64,000 nt of DNA from Tetramitus jugosus (GCA_937625935.1 OW569359.1:310001-374000), one strand, 5' to 3'. Positions 1 through 11,595 are shown, counted from the stretch's first letter. Numbers and translations: made by a program. The notes: a model not told the origin generated them from the sequence alone.

Positions 1-183
1 TTCAGGCGAGGGCAGGCCCATTTGCAACTTTCTGATTATGAGAAGACACGAGAGGACCTGACATTAGCCAAGCAGATCTCACCCGATAACAAGGCTGTAG
101 CAGCAGAACTTCGAAAACTTCAGCAGGAAGAAGATGCCTACAAGAGAAAATTGAAGAAAATGTATTCGAACATGTTCGATTGA
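1..183 (+). CDS. 3' end of TPR-containing immunophilin-like protein (Cyp40/FKBP-type C-terminus), partial
   Basis: Frame 1 reads FRRGQAHLQLSDYEKTREDLTLAKQISPDNKAVAAELRKLQQEEDAYKRKLKKMYSNMFD*: a last TPR plus the KKMYxNMF tail typical of TPR immunophilins. Confidence 0.75.
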   Translation, partial: FRRGQAHLQLSDYEKTREDLTLAKQISPDNKAVAAELRKLQQEEDAYKRKLKKMYSNMFD

Positions 184-217
184 GTACACACTATTTATGC
201 AAAAAATGGAAGTTGTT

Positions 218-1701
218 TTATGGTGCCTCCTTGTGTATTATGCTAGGTCCATGCTCTTCAAAGTCCTTCTTTGAGATGAACATGGGCTGGAAGGTACCCA
301 AGCTGGCCAGAATGGATCCTCCGATCCAAGTACTGAACTTTCTCTCAACAGGCAATTGAGATGCAGCCAACGGTGCCTTGACTCTAATGTTGCTTGGTGC
401 TCTGGCAATCAACTCCTTTTCCATTCTCTTGGGCAGTCCATTGAACAGTGTTGTACCACCTGCGAGTATAGTGCTGCCAAATAGTTCCTTCCTCACATCG
501 GCATCACATCTCATAATACTCTCGTAGGCCAAGTGATGCAACGCGGTCGTGTTCTCCAACATTTCACCAATCGGTTCACTTGGAGATGGTTGGGCGTGAC
601 TGTGTTGTGACTCTTGATACACTGGTTGATTGCTACCAGCAAGGATCGAACTAGGCTTGAACAAAGTTTCAATAAACGAATATCTCTCTGCTCCCAATGT
701 TACATTGACTCCATCATTCATCTCGAATGCAATCTTTGGAGTGTTTTCATGTTCCGTAAATGGAGTTTCCGTCACTCGGAACATGGATTCCTTCACTTCA
801 TTCACCACACTCATGGCAGCATATTGTCGATACGAGTTTGTGGCATTGGGGAACGATTGTTCATGAATCTTGAATCGATCTTGAGTCACTTTTTCTCTCC
901 GAATCATATAACTTGGCTTCACGGGACATCCACGCTCCTTCTCCAACAGATTGAGAATATTGTTGGACAGTGCATCTCCACCATACAAGTTTCTAACGAT
1001 TCCCCTGGTCATGACATAACCGTCAATCACTGGCGTAACGCACGTACCACTCGCACCACACTCAACCACAAGTGCAGTGTACTTTGCGTTTGCAAACGCA
1101 GACAGGACTGGACTCTTGGCCAAGAAGATGGCTGGACTCTGGAACGTTTCAAACAAGAGACTTGCCATTTTTTCCCTGTTGAGTCTGCTATTGTACGACG
1201 GTTCAGCCATCAACAGTGGATGTTCATTGGAACGGACACCTAATCGATCATTCAACGCATAATCAATCAATTTTTCAGTGAGTTCCCAGTTTTCAATGAG
1301 TCCTGTTTGTGAGTTGAATGGTGATTCGACTTCCATGAAATCTCTGGGAAAGTTGAGTGCTTGTGATCCTACAAAGTACTCCTCTGTGGAACCTACTGTA
1401 GTTGATGTAGTAGTGGTTGCTGATGATGTTGTTGTTGTTGTTGTTGTTGATGATGATGATTGTTGATCCTTGTTGTGATAAACGACACCGACGTGCTGTG
1501 AAAAAGTCAAAAAAAAATTGAAATCATGCGTCAGCTTTTTGGTTGTTTTTCTCAGAGTATGACACAATCACGAAGAGAGCAACATACAGATGGAAAGATG
1601 GCTTTTGGTGTATCTTCGCCAGCAAAGCCAGCTTTTGTGGTTCTGGTGCCAATATCCATGACAATGGCGCCAATTTCATCTCCTCCTTCGAACAGCGACA
1701 T
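218..1701 (-). CDS. ARP4: Actin-related protein 4 (Arp4/BAF53-like), 2 exons, intron 1496-1587
   Basis: Exon 1 [38 protein letters not shown] (ATG 1701) joins through a GTATGT...CAG 92-nt intron to an actin fold with HPLLMAEP and [20 protein letters not shown]. Confidence 0.88.
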
Positions 1702-1762
1702 TTTGTGTTTTGGTTTTCTTTCTTTTTTTCGATGATCAAAATTCTCGTTTATTTTTCTCCGA

Positions 1763-3439
1763 CTAGCATTTGAAGATTAGATTGAGAATAAAGCGGAATA
1801 GGCCACTGAATACAACGACCGCAGGGGCTGTGACATCTGCAATGTGGAGCAGAGCAAAATCGATAATCACTGTAACGATAGACAGGGTAATGGAGTCGTT
1901 TGATTTTTCACTCGATACAGATGTCCACAGCAGGTACACAGAAGCATAAACCAATCCAACTGCAACTGCGTTGACTCCTACTAGCACTCGCTGGATGATA
2001 GGTTTTTCACGATATCGAGACCAAAATGGCAGTACACCCCAAATGAAGGCAAATGCGGGTGTGAACAAGCCAACAAATGAGACTATAGCTCCAGGCACAC
2101 CGTACATGATCGCACCTAGATAAATGGAGAGATTGAACATTGGACCTGGGAGTGCAGAAGCGATTGCAAAACCATTCATAAATTGATCCTTGGTCATAAA
2201 GTGATTCTTCTCTGAAAACTCTACCATGATCAAGGGCAATACCACTTGTCCTCCACCGACAATGTAACTACCCATTCGAAGGAATCCTTCGAACAGTGCA
2301 AGAAGTTTCCACTCCACAAATTGTCTCAAGACAATTGATGAAACTAGGATTGTGATGAATGAAATGGCAATGATGACACCAGAGCTTGGACGGAACGGAA
2401 TAGACAAGTACAAATTGGAGGGTTGTTGCTCTTTCTTTGCTTTGGCTGGTTTCTCATCAGTTATTTCCTCTTCTTCGTCGATTGGACTTTCTTGTGCTTC
2501 ACTAGGTTGAGCTTCTTCCAAGTCATCAGCTGTTGATGATTTCTTGAATGATCGTAAAAGTTTAACAAATAGTTTAACTCTTTCCATCCATGAGTAAGAT
2601 TGTTGCTCGTTTAGCTGCAAACGATTACTGACTAGTTCTGATACTTTGATATGAATGAGACCATAAAGACCACCTGCAACTAACAAAATCGGTAACATCC
2701 ATGCCTTTCTGTATGCGATCGTAGAAACAGCACCGAAAATGAGCAACAACCTGGTAAACATTTTGTCAATCTTTGACGACAATTTCCATGCTGCTGCTGC
2801 AACAAGAGCTACAGCACAGCACGACAATCCGTGCTGGATCCAAATGGTCCACTCAGGAATCGTAGGATTCTCTCCCATACCATAATACATGCCACAGCCC
2901 AACACAAACAACACAGTCATTCCTGGAAGACCAAACATGAAAAAGGTCAAGAGTCCTCCCAAGTACCCTGCTCGAATCGTTCCAATCGCAATCGCAACTT
3001 GTGTGCTTGTAGGCCCAGGAAGTGCCTGTCCCAGAGCAAACAGCTCTACGAACTGATCATTGGTGAGCCATTGTTTCGTGTGCACAAATTTAGCCTGAAG
3101 TAAACCAATGTGAGCCTGAGGTCCTCCAAACGTAATGAAACCCATGGGCAGAAAAGCAAAAAATATTTCCTTGAGCCGATGCAACAAATCAACGATTCCA
3201 AAAGATGAATTGTTTGTGTTATTGTCTTCTCCATCATCATCATCACCCATCTCTATCACTTCATTGTCGTCATGAACGATATTTGCCTCAGAATGGAGTG
3301 AAATTTCTTTCATCTCGTGACGAGTCAATTGAAGCTCTTCACTGTCATGTTCGACTGGACTATCTGCTGAAGACTGGTCCGATGACCAAACGATATTTGT
3401 GTTAGCCTCAGGTGTTGTTGTGGTAAGTCGTTTGTTCAT
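1763..3439 (-). CDS. Chromate ion transporter (CHR family), two-domain
   Basis: [25 protein letters not shown] and GGGQVVLP...ALPGPMFN motifs, many TM helices; first ATG at 3439. Confidence 0.9.
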   Translation of the reverse strand: MNKRLTTTTPEANTNIVWSSDQSSADSPVEHDSEELQLTRHEMKEISLHSEANIVHDDNEVIEMGDDDDGEDNNTNNSSFGIVDLLHRLKEIFFAFLPMGFITFGGPQAHIGLLQAKFVHTKQWLTNDQFVELFALGQALPGPTSTQVAIAIGTIRAGYLGGLLTFFMFGLPGMTVLFVLGCGMYYGMGENPTIPEWTIWIQHGLSCCAVALVAAAAWKLSSKIDKMFTRLLLIFGAVSTIAYRKAWMLPILLVAGGLYGLIHIKVSELVSNRLQLNEQQSYSWMERVKLFVKLLRSFKKSSTADDLEEAQPSEAQESPIDEEEEITDEKPAKAKKEQQPSNLYLSIPFRPSSGVIIAISFITILVSSIVLRQFVEWKLLALFEGFLRMGSYIVGGGQVVLPLIMVEFSEKNHFMTKDQFMNGFAIASALPGPMFNLSIYLGAIMYGVPGAIVSFVGLFTPAFAFIWGVLPFWSRYREKPIIQRVLVGVNAVAVGLVYASVYLLWTSVSSEKSNDSITLSIVTVIIDFALLHIADVTAPAVVVFSGLFRFILNLIFKC

Positions 3440-3571
3440 ATGAACGTGTGAATTTGTTTCTTCCAACTGAAACACCGACGGCGCCTCAATCGCATAAATT
3501 TCAGGCTCGAGTCATTTCCGATGACGCGATGGAAGTCACGGAACCCTTGCTAAGTAAGGTTTATTCTAGCT

Positions 3572-4387
3572 CTAGTAATATAGTTTACTTCGGCTATTCT
3601 TGCCGGTATGTAGTGTATGAATATCGACCAAATGAGAGAAAGCTTGATCTGTGATCTGATTACAACCACTCATAATGAGTGTATGAATTCCAGTCAAATA
3701 AATGAAGGCACCATCTGTGATTTGGTTACAAATACTCAAATGAAGTGTGTGAATACCAGCCAAATGAGAAAAAGCTTGGTCTGTGATTCGATTGCCACTC
3801 ACATAGAGTGTGTGAATGCCAGTCAAGTGAGAAAACGCTTTGTCTGTGATTCCATGGCAATACTCCATATTGAGTGTGTGAATACCGACTAAATGAGAGA
3901 AGGCTTGATCTGATATTCGATTACAGAACCTCATGTAAAGCGTATGAATGCCAGTCAAGTAAGGAAATGCGTTGTCTGTGATTTGAGTGCAATGAGAAAT
4001 ATCGAGAGTGTGAATTCCAGTCAAATGAGCAAGTGCTTTGTCTGTGATTTGATCGCAGTTATCCATCTCAAGTGTATGAATGCCCTTCAAATATTGAAAA
4101 TGCTCATCTGTCACATGCGAATGCCAACTGAGACAAACATTGAACAGTGTTCCTTTGGCCAATCGAAACCAGTGTTCAATTTTATGGCTATCCAAATTGC
4201 CTTTTAATGTCCTCTGTTTGTTGCACATGAGATCTCGATCAAATTTCTTTTGATTTATTCCTTTGCAAGTGTAACTCAAGTGCAGCCATTCTCTAGTGTC
4301 ACAAAACGGAATGATAATCGACCATACATCTTTGCAAAGCATGGAACCAATTTCAAGCGCCGCTTCTTCTTCGCATGATTGCTCCAT
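3572..4387 (-). CDS. F-box/leucine-rich repeat protein
   Basis: F-box-like LCKDVWSIIIPFC...LSYTCK followed by about 7 25-aa repeats LxGIHTLxMxxCxQITDxAFxH; ATG 4387 avoids overlap with the neighbouring gene. Confidence 0.8.
   Translation of the reverse strand: MEQSCEEEAALEIGSMLCKDVWSIIIPFCDTREWLHLSYTCKGINQKKFDRDLMCNKQRTLKGNLDSHKIEHWFRLAKGTLFNVCLSWHSHVTDEHFQYLKGIHTLEMDNCDQITDKALAHLTGIHTLDISHCTQITDNAFPYLTGIHTLYMRFCNRISDQAFSHLVGIHTLNMEYCHGITDKAFSHLTGIHTLYVSGNRITDQAFSHLAGIHTLHLSICNQITDGAFIYLTGIHTLIMSGCNQITDQAFSHLVDIHTLHTGKNSRSKLYY
3600..4120. repeat. ~75-bp tandem repeat encoding the LRR units
   Basis: GTGTGAATxCCAGTCAAATGAG-like unit recurs with ~75-bp period. Confidence 0.8.
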
Positions 4388-4587
4388 GCTCGTTTCTAGT
4401 GTTGGAAATCTATTGAGCTTCAGAACACAAAACTTTTCTCCGAAATCATCCAATAAAAAAGAAGATGATGATGGATGAGGATGTTTCTTCATTTCCTCAA
4501 CAATTCTTTCGTCAGCAACAACAGAACACCAGTGGTTTCGACCATTTTTATGTGCAAGAGGAAGAAGAACTTTCTCTCCCGACAATT

Positions 4588-6597
4588 ATGCCGTCGGAGA
4601 GCATGAATGCCGCCGTAGATGACCAACATTTGTTTTGCGCGATTGGAAATGTTGGTTGTGGAATTACGACTCTTGTTCAACACTCTCAGCTGCTATTGGA
4701 TGACTGTAGTCATTCACAGTCTTCTCAAGTGGTGAACTTTGTTGATTTGAGTGATGCCAGTGAGCCCAACCGACTTTACTCTCATTTGTGCAACAAGTTA
4801 ACTCAGGGATGGAGTTTCAGTCCTGTGAATGCTACTATCGGTGGTGCAATGTTCATTTTTGATGCTTCAAACGCTGATAGCTTCCATTGTATTCCTCATT
4901 GGATCGATAGCTATTTCGAATGCTTAGAAGCGAGTGAGTGGTGTGAAGAAGTGAAACAGCAACCAAGAGAAAATCAAATCATATGCATTGTGGCATGCAA
5001 GCTAGATTTGGTGCCTCGTTTCTGTTCGACAAGAGAGGAGGATTATCAGAGCTACAAGTTGCTGTGTCAAGCTCGTGATTTTGCTCGCAACAAGGGATAC
5101 ATGTACGCTGAGGTTTCCTCTATTGAAAGCTATCAGTTGACTGACTTGCGGCAAAAACTATTTCAGTGTATTTTACAAAAAAATAATGGAGTGAACCAGA
5201 ATGGGCATGTGACTATGAGTCAAACAGAGAGTGCAGTATCTGATGTAGCAGATTGTAGGGATGCTCCAAGATCTTCATCTTCACTCAACGTGGGCATGAT
5301 AACTATGATTGGTGATTATCTCTCGTACATACATAGGAGTTTGTCTGGGAATCACTTTGTATATGCCACATTGAGAACAAAGAAGAGTCGTCAGAGTATT
5401 CCAGCTCTCTTTCTCACTGATAGACAATACAGGCCTCACACTGTTGTGATTGAGAGATTGGGCAGTGGTATAATGGATAGCAGTCGAAAATTGTTCTTGA
5501 AAATGACTGAGCAGTCCGAGATCTGGTTGAACAATTCAGGTTTGTTGATCTATCTGAAACAAAAATCATCTGAGCACATATCCTATGTAATTAAGCTCGC
5601 GAGTGTCGATAATTTCGATTGTCTGGTGTCATTTTTGGCTCACATTCATCCACTTGGACCAAGTTGTATACGCGAGATTACTCTTTCGAGACAAATTGAA
5701 GATTGTGTGCGGACATATCATGTTCATTGTGAGGACAGAAAGATAGAGCCAAATGAGGATGTCATCTCTCGTATCAAACTACTTAGCAATACATTTACAC
5801 TAAACTTGAATGGGCTTCACCTTGGTTCAACACATATTCAGATCGTCCTTGAGGCGATCAAGTGGAGCAGCGATCTGGTTCAGACGATCGATTTATCGGA
5901 CAATAATCTAGTTGATAATGGACTTGAGAGTATTGTAGCCAGCTTGAGTGGAATGAATCGACTGAATCAATTGAGTTTGAGGCACAACTGTATAACACAT
6001 GTGGGTATTCGAGTATTGTGCACGAAGTGGATTCGATCTCGTTATCCCATTGTACCTCACCCTGCAATCGTACTTGATCATTTGGATTTGAGTTACAATG
6101 CCAGCATAGGAGATATTGGATGTAATCTATTGTTGCGAGTTTTAAGCTGGCAAAAGTTGCAAGAAGAGTCCTACGAACAATACAAGACGGCAAACAATAC
6201 CGTCATTGTTCGAACATTGGACCTCAGTCACAACCAACTCAGCGACAAAATATTGCCGTTGGCTTGTGAGTCTATTCACAACCATTGCCTTGATAAATTA
6301 AATCTGAGTGGTAATTGCATCTCAGGTCACCTGCATCTGAGACTAGGTAGCAAACAATTGACGGAGGGCGAAGAAAAGAAACGGAGCAGGAGCGACAGTG
6401 CATCGTCATTATCGCAAGATAGTGAAGATGAAGCAGACGCCCACGAGAATAGCCACTTGTCTCAATCCGATACATCCTCATTAGTAGGAGCTGGTTGGTT
6501 CTCCTCCGCAGCGAAACGATCTCGTTTCAGTATCACCGAGTTTCTCATCGAGGAACGAGCTCAGGCTCTCGACTTGACAGATCAGACGATACGATAA
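4588..6597 (+). CDS. Degenerate Ras/Rab-like GTPase domain fused to RNI-type LRRs
   Basis: IGNVGCGITTLV (P-loop-like), GAMFIFD, VACKLDL, YAEVSS; C-terminal IDLSDNNL/LSLRHNCI/LDLSYN/LDLSHNQL/LNLSGNCI repeats; start codon uncertain (4465-4603). Confidence 0.65.
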   Translation: MPSESMNAAVDDQHLFCAIGNVGCGITTLVQHSQLLLDDCSHSQSSQVVNFVDLSDASEPNRLYSHLCNKLTQGWSFSPVNATIGGAMFIFDASNADSFHCIPHWIDSYFECLEASEWCEEVKQQPRENQIICIVACKLDLVPRFCSTREEDYQSYKLLCQARDFARNKGYMYAEVSSIESYQLTDLRQKLFQCILQKNNGVNQNGHVTMSQTESAVSDVADCRDAPRSSSSLNVGMITMIGDYLSYIHRSLSGNHFVYATLRTKKSRQSIPALFLTDRQYRPHTVVIERLGSGIMDSSRKLFLKMTEQSEIWLNNSGLLIYLKQKSSEHISYVIKLASVDNFDCLVSFLAHIHPLGPSCIREITLSRQIEDCVRTYHVHCEDRKIEPNEDVISRIKLLSNTFTLNLNGLHLGSTHIQIVLEAIKWSSDLVQTIDLSDNNLVDNGLESIVASLSGMNRLNQLSLRHNCITHVGIRVLCTKWIRSRYPIVPHPAIVLDHLDLSYNASIGDIGCNLLLRVLSWQKLQEESYEQYKTANNTVIVRTLDLSHNQLSDKILPLACESIHNHCLDKLNLSGNCISGHLHLRLGSKQLTEGEEKKRSRSDSASSLSQDSEDEADAHENSHLSQSDTSSLVGAGWFSSAAKRSRFSITEFLIEERAQALDLTDQTIR

Positions 6598-6702
6598 GAA
6601 GATGATTTGCAGAGCAACGACTTTCTGCTTTCGGAAGGAAACTAAATGCGATGACAATATTTACGAGCTTGTCCTCCACATCTTGGCGTTACGGTAAGGT
6701 AA

Positions 6703-9700
6703 TCACTTTTTTATTGCATCTAGCTCTGTTGTTATTTCTTCAAACGACGGTCTTTTGCTGACATCTGCATCCCAACACCGTGTGACAAGACTGTAAAAAC
6801 CTTGCACAACAAGGGGAATATCAGAAGGAAGCATGTTCGTTGTGTTGCTCTGTAAGAAGAAATCCACAATGAGGTTATTCGATTCTGTATTGGACGGATC
6901 GAACCGCAGAGGAGGTCTCAAACCTTTCACTATATCTAATCCAAGTGTAAAAACTGATGAATATTCATGCTGTGCGTACGGAGGTGCCAATATAAACATT
7001 TCATGCATAATAATACCAAAACTGTAGATATCAACCCTTTCATCGTGTCCTTGATGTGTCAAGAGCTCTGGAGCACAGTACTCTATTGTTCCATAAGATC
7101 TTCCCATTGTAAAAGAAGAATCAGTCATCTTACTCAGACCAAAGTCACATATTCTGACGTGATTATTCTCGCCCAACAAAATATTCTGAGGTTTCAAGTC
7201 TCTGTGAACAATTCGAGGACTTCTTCCATGCAAATAAGCCATGGTATCAGCAATCTGACATAAGATATTCATCTTTCGATCAAAGGCCCTGAGAGATTGG
7301 TTTCCCTTGTGGTAAAGAACCTTGTCCAAACTGCCATTCACAGCATATTCAGTAATCAAAAATTTGTCTCCACTGTCATTTGAGGAGTAACCGTACAAGT
7401 AGAGAATATTAGGATGACGTAAACTCTGGAGAATTGAAACTTCCTTGATAAATGATTCATCATCAGATACTTTCATCTTCTTCACTGCTACCAAATTACT
7501 CTTCCACTCTCCTTTGAATACAACTCCGAATGCTCCTTCTGAAATACGACTGATCAGTTTGATCTCTTTCATATCAATGAAAAAATCGCCTCTTTCAATG
7601 TTTTCATCGTACTCACCCATTTCTTCCAATAAACATGCTTTAAGTTCGGACTTCATTTGTTCTTCTCTTCTCCTCCTTCTGATTTGTAATCCAACCACAC
7701 TAATAACAATACTGAGGGCTATTAGCAAAAGAAATCCTGACATTGGCAATGTCCATAGAAATCTCAAGTTAGAAGTGCATGTCTCACCACGATATCCATA
7801 ATTACAAACACACTTGTTTGGACTTTGACATACTCCGTTTGATGAACAAACGTTTTTGTCAATGCTCGAAAGTCCATTGCAAATTGGATAGGAGCAATTC
7901 ATCCCGGTGAATCCTTGAATGCACTCACACACATCTAAATCAACACAGAATCCGTTCCCTGAGCAAACTCTTTTCTCATCCTTGGATTCTATGCCGTAAC
8001 AATCGAAAAGCTCGCAATCTTGACCATAGTATCCTCGCTCACACGTTACTCCTAGGAATCCCATGGTGCCCATACCGAGGAATAAACTCGTTATGCTATG
8101 CTCGGGGTCAACATTACTCGTGCTGACCCAAGTTGAATAGTTACCTCGAACATCCCAATAACCTACCTTTCCATCCTTGGTTAGAGCGATCATATAATCA
8201 TCATTCACGACGAATTGAGATACTGCTTTCCCATTCAACAACCCATTCATGCTCAATCTTGCAGGTCGATTCTCAAACGGTACCGGAATACCAAAATCAC
8301 TTAAACCCCAAGAGTATATTTGATCATCACTTGTCAAAATCGTTGTGTGAACTTCCCCTGCAGTCATATGCGTTATGTTTTTATCTTTCAAAAGGTCATT
8401 CTTGTCAACTTCGTGTGGAAATGTTCTATACTCGTTTATGCCAATCTTAAGCATGCCACAGGAATTGAGACCCCAGACGTAAAGCATTCCATCACTCGCC
8501 AAAGCGACTGTGTGGTGAGAACCTGCTGCAACTTGTACTATCCTCTTATCCTTCAATTGACCTTTCATCACCACTGAAACTGGGAGCTTTCTGGTTCGAG
8601 TTGTTTCATCTCCGAGTTCGCCTTCGTAATTGTATCCCCAAGAATACATCTTACCATCGTTCGCGATCGAAACAACATGCCAGCTCCCTGTGACAACTTT
8701 AGTAATCGTCTTACCGCTCAACAGACCATCCATGAAAACAGCCACAGGCTGATATCTGCCCTGAGATGAGAAATCTCCCAATTGACCAAGATTATTAGCC
8801 CCCCAGGAATACAATGTTCCATCATCCGCTCTTGCAACAGTAAAGCAATCACCGAGAGTGATTTGTGAAATGATCCTGTCTTTCAAAACACCACTCATCT
8901 CAACACTCACGGGAAATCGTTTTGTGATAGTTGTTCCATCTCCAACTTCCCCCATTACATTTGTGCCCCAAGAATATATACTTCCATCGTCCGTCCAAAC
9001 AACAAAGTGTTCTGTTGCATCTCTATCCCTCATTCTCGCTCTTGCTACAATATTGGTAATTGTCTTATTATTCAATGCACCAGACATACCGACTGCCTCG
9101 GTACTGGAACTAAATTCTTTTCTTCCATTTCCTAACTGGCCTTCTTCATTCTTCCCCCACGAATAACTCTTGCCGTTACTTGTTAATACCATGGTATGAT
9201 CTTCACCAGCCACAATTTGAGTAACGGAGTAATTCAAAGTATTGAATAACGTATTAAATTCGAGAAGAGCAGGACGGTAGTGATTGTTGAATGTATTGTC
9301 AAGCTGCCCTTCCTGGTTTTTCCCCCAACCATACAATAGGCCATCACTCGTCAAAGCCAGAGTATGATATCCTCCAGCTGCAATTTGCACCACTATTTTT
9401 CCAGATAATTGACCACTCATGTCCACTGCAACACTATCCTCTACTGGCACAACTCTATTCTTTGCATCTGGATTTCCTAGCTGCCCATGCTCACCCGAAC
9501 CCCAAGCATACATCTTGGAGTCATTTGTTAGAATCACTGTGTGCGAGTATCCAACAGTAATTTGAGTGACAATGTTTCCCTGCAACACATTGCTGAGATC
9601 GAGAGCAATAGGAACCAGTGAACTCAAGTCTTCTCTCAGGCCGTTTGATCCCCAAAAATATACTGTACCATCACTCGCAAGAGCCATTGAGCGATCATCA

Positions 9701-10416
9701 TTGGCAGCAATCTGAGTAATCACCTTATCATTAAATGCACTCATATCGGCAGCAACAGGTACCGCTGTAGCGGTCCCCTCTAAATCTCCATCTCCCAGTT
9801 GTCCTTGATAACTCTGGCCCCATCCAAAGATCATGCCATCGCTCGTCAATACGAGTGTATGAGCATCACCTGCTGCCATCTGAGTAACCACTTTGCCATT
9901 CAATACACCATCCATCTTGACTGGTACAGGGATACTACTAAATTTGACCGATGAATCATCACCTAACTGCCGTACATGGTTTGCACCCCAGGAATACAAC
10001 TTTCCATCGCTTCTCAACATCACCATGTGGTTGTAACCAGACACCAATTGCACAACAGAAAAGGGAGTATGTTTGAGGAAATCCATGGGAGTGGGGACCG
10101 TTCGATCCACCGTTGTCTTATCTCCCAATTGGCCAAAATTGTTGTTTCCCCAAGTGTAAACAGTGCCTTGAGAATCCACTGCTGCGGAATGTGACTTTCC
10201 TGCATTGATCATTGTTAAATTGACCTCATGAAAGAATGAGCTCACCAAATCCATGGGCCTGACCTCAGGAGTATCACTCCGATTGTTGTTGTTCCATGAG
10301 TAAACTACAGATGATGCCACTCTTCTCCTTCTTGTACATTCTACGGTGAGTACAGGCCAGAAGAACAAAATGAGAAACAGGAAGCAAAAAAGTGACCCCT
10401 GTCGTGTCACAATCAT
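6703..10416 (-). CDS. Receptor-like TKL protein kinase with RCC1-repeat and EGF-like ectodomain
   Basis: Signal peptide, >12 RCC1 repeats (YSWGxNxxGQLG), Cys-rich EGF repeats (CSGNGFC...CECIQGFTGMNC), TM helix plus RRRRR, kinase motifs VAVKK, HRDLKPQN, DFG, APE. Confidence 0.92.
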   Translation of the reverse strand: MIVTRQGSLFCFLFLILFFWPVLTVECTRRRRVASSVVYSWNNNNRSDTPEVRPMDLVSSFFHEVNLTMINAGKSHSAAVDSQGTVYTWGNNNFGQLGDKTTVDRTVPTPMDFLKHTPFSVVQLVSGYNHMVMLRSDGKLYSWGANHVRQLGDDSSVKFSSIPVPVKMDGVLNGKVVTQMAAGDAHTLVLTSDGMIFGWGQSYQGQLGDGDLEGTATAVPVAADMSAFNDKVITQIAANDDRSMALASDGTVYFWGSNGLREDLSSLVPIALDLSNVLQGNIVTQITVGYSHTVILTNDSKMYAWGSGEHGQLGNPDAKNRVVPVEDSVAVDMSGQLSGKIVVQIAAGGYHTLALTSDGLLYGWGKNQEGQLDNTFNNHYRPALLEFNTLFNTLNYSVTQIVAGEDHTMVLTSNGKSYSWGKNEEGQLGNGRKEFSSSTEAVGMSGALNNKTITNIVARARMRDRDATEHFVVWTDDGSIYSWGTNVMGEVGDGTTITKRFPVSVEMSGVLKDRIISQITLGDCFTVARADDGTLYSWGANNLGQLGDFSSQGRYQPVAVFMDGLLSGKTITKVVTGSWHVVSIANDGKMYSWGYNYEGELGDETTRTRKLPVSVVMKGQLKDKRIVQVAAGSHHTVALASDGMLYVWGLNSCGMLKIGINEYRTFPHEVDKNDLLKDKNITHMTAGEVHTTILTSDDQIYSWGLSDFGIPVPFENRPARLSMNGLLNGKAVSQFVVNDDYMIALTKDGKVGYWDVRGNYSTWVSTSNVDPEHSITSLFLGMGTMGFLGVTCERGYYGQDCELFDCYGIESKDEKRVCSGNGFCVDLDVCECIQGFTGMNCSYPICNGLSSIDKNVCSSNGVCQSPNKCVCNYGYRGETCTSNLRFLWTLPMSGFLLLIALSIVISVVGLQIRRRRREEQMKSELKACLLEEMGEYDENIERGDFFIDMKEIKLISRISEGAFGVVFKGEWKSNLVAVKKMKVSDDESFIKEVSILQSLRHPNILYLYGYSSNDSGDKFLITEYAVNGSLDKVLYHKGNQSLRAFDRKMNILCQIADTMAYLHGRSPRIVHRDLKPQNILLGENNHVRICDFGLSKMTDSSFTMGRSYGTIEYCAPELLTHQGHDERVDIYSFGIIMHEMFILAPPYAQHEYSSVFTLGLDIVKGLRPPLRFDPSNTESNNLIVDFFLQSNTTNMLPSDIPLVVQGFYSLVTRCWDADVSKRPSFEEITTELDAIKK

Positions 10417-10549
10417 TTGGTACTTTGCTGAGATGGTTTCCGGAAAAAACTCCGAGATGATGAACTAGCTTTCTGAAAGGTTTGATTCTCCACTTGGAAA
10501 CCAAATATTCCGCTCCAATACATCATTACTTTACCTAGTTAATTAATAA

Positions 10550-11490
10550 GGTGTTTCTCCAACTGTCAGATCAACAACGAATGGATTCTTGAGAAAATCT
10601 AACTGATTCTTCCTACAGACTTCTTCATCCCGTTAAGCACCAATCCATCTGTTTCCTGCTCGATGGCATCTACCTCGATGCCCATCATTCCTTGAAGGTA
10701 TTCTTTGCTGGTTTTCTTGATAGGTCTTCGCGACTATTTGCCTTTCCTCAGTATCAAATTGTCAAACCAGATGTCGATATAACTCTCTCGTGCCACTCCT
10801 AGATCCACTTACTCGTCTCCTACTGTCATTGCAAGTAATCTTCGACTTTTAACTGCTCTGGGGCAGTCGATAAGACAATGAAGGACTTTCAGTTTCAATT
10901 TGACCCCAACACAATTTTTGGGCTTCTCAGATGTGTTGAAAAGGTAGTGTACAACTTCTTCTGTGTGTAATGTGCCACTTTATTGATTATCATTCTTTCA
11001 AGTAGTTTCTCTTAAGAACCTTCTGAGAATATAAGGAAGAGCGGCACTTCTACTTCCTTTCAGTCACGCTCGAAGAGCGTTACTGCTTTTTGTAGTCTTT
11101 TGATTGCTGGAACCATTCCAACTGACGATCTATCGCAAACGGGTTCTTGAGAAACTCGAATTGGTTCTTGTGCTCCATTGCGGCAGATTGTAACCACCAC
11201 TCTGGATAAATTGTAGCCTTTCGTTCCCGGAAGAACATTCTCTATAGTAATCTCGGCCTCTGGCGTGTTGCCCATGGAACTGTGGTCCTCCATTCTCTTG
11301 TGGATGATAGGGAGAGTGACATTTTGGTTTCCTCCTTCCATACTCAGGCAAACCTTAGAAAGGAGATCCATTTCTTGATTTTCTGAGAGCGGCTAACCGT
11401 TGCCGCAGACAGTGCAGATGTGCTAATCGCCACTAACGGACTCAGCAACGGTTTACGGGCTACCCGATAGGAACAAACCCGCCTAAGTTC
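10550..11490 (-). mobile_element. Degenerate, internally deleted L1-like retrotransposon remnant upstream of tRNA-Gly
   Basis: 10550-10980 translates, with stops, to SGTLHTEEVVHYLFNT...IDIWFDNL...RPIKKTSKEYLQGMMGIEVDAI, homologous to the ORF2 C-terminus at 34760-35120; 11060-11371 may be an ORF1 piece; boundaries approximate. Confidence 0.7.
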
Positions 11491-11524
11491 GCTGAAAATA
11501 TTAAAAATATTGTGTTGGATATGA

Positions 11525-11595
11525 GCATCTGTAGTGTAGGGGTATCATGCAGCGTTGCCATCGCTGCGACCCGGGTTCGAATCCCGGCAGATGCA
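11525..11595 (+). tRNA. tRNA-Gly(GCC)
   Basis: Acceptor GCATCTG/CAGATGC, anticodon arm CAGCG-TTGCCAT-CGCTG, T arm CCGGG-TTCGAAT-CCCGG, TTTTT terminator. Confidence 0.95.

Noticed and set aside
3600-4120. Regularly spaced repeats as a CRISPR array
   Set aside because: Degenerate 75-bp coding repeats of an LRR protein in a eukaryotic gene, with no unique spacers or cas genes.
4388-4587. Overlap of divergent ORFs 3572-4585 and 4465-6597
   Set aside because: Downstream ATGs (4387, 4588) precede the recognisable domains and leave an ordinary short bidirectional promoter.
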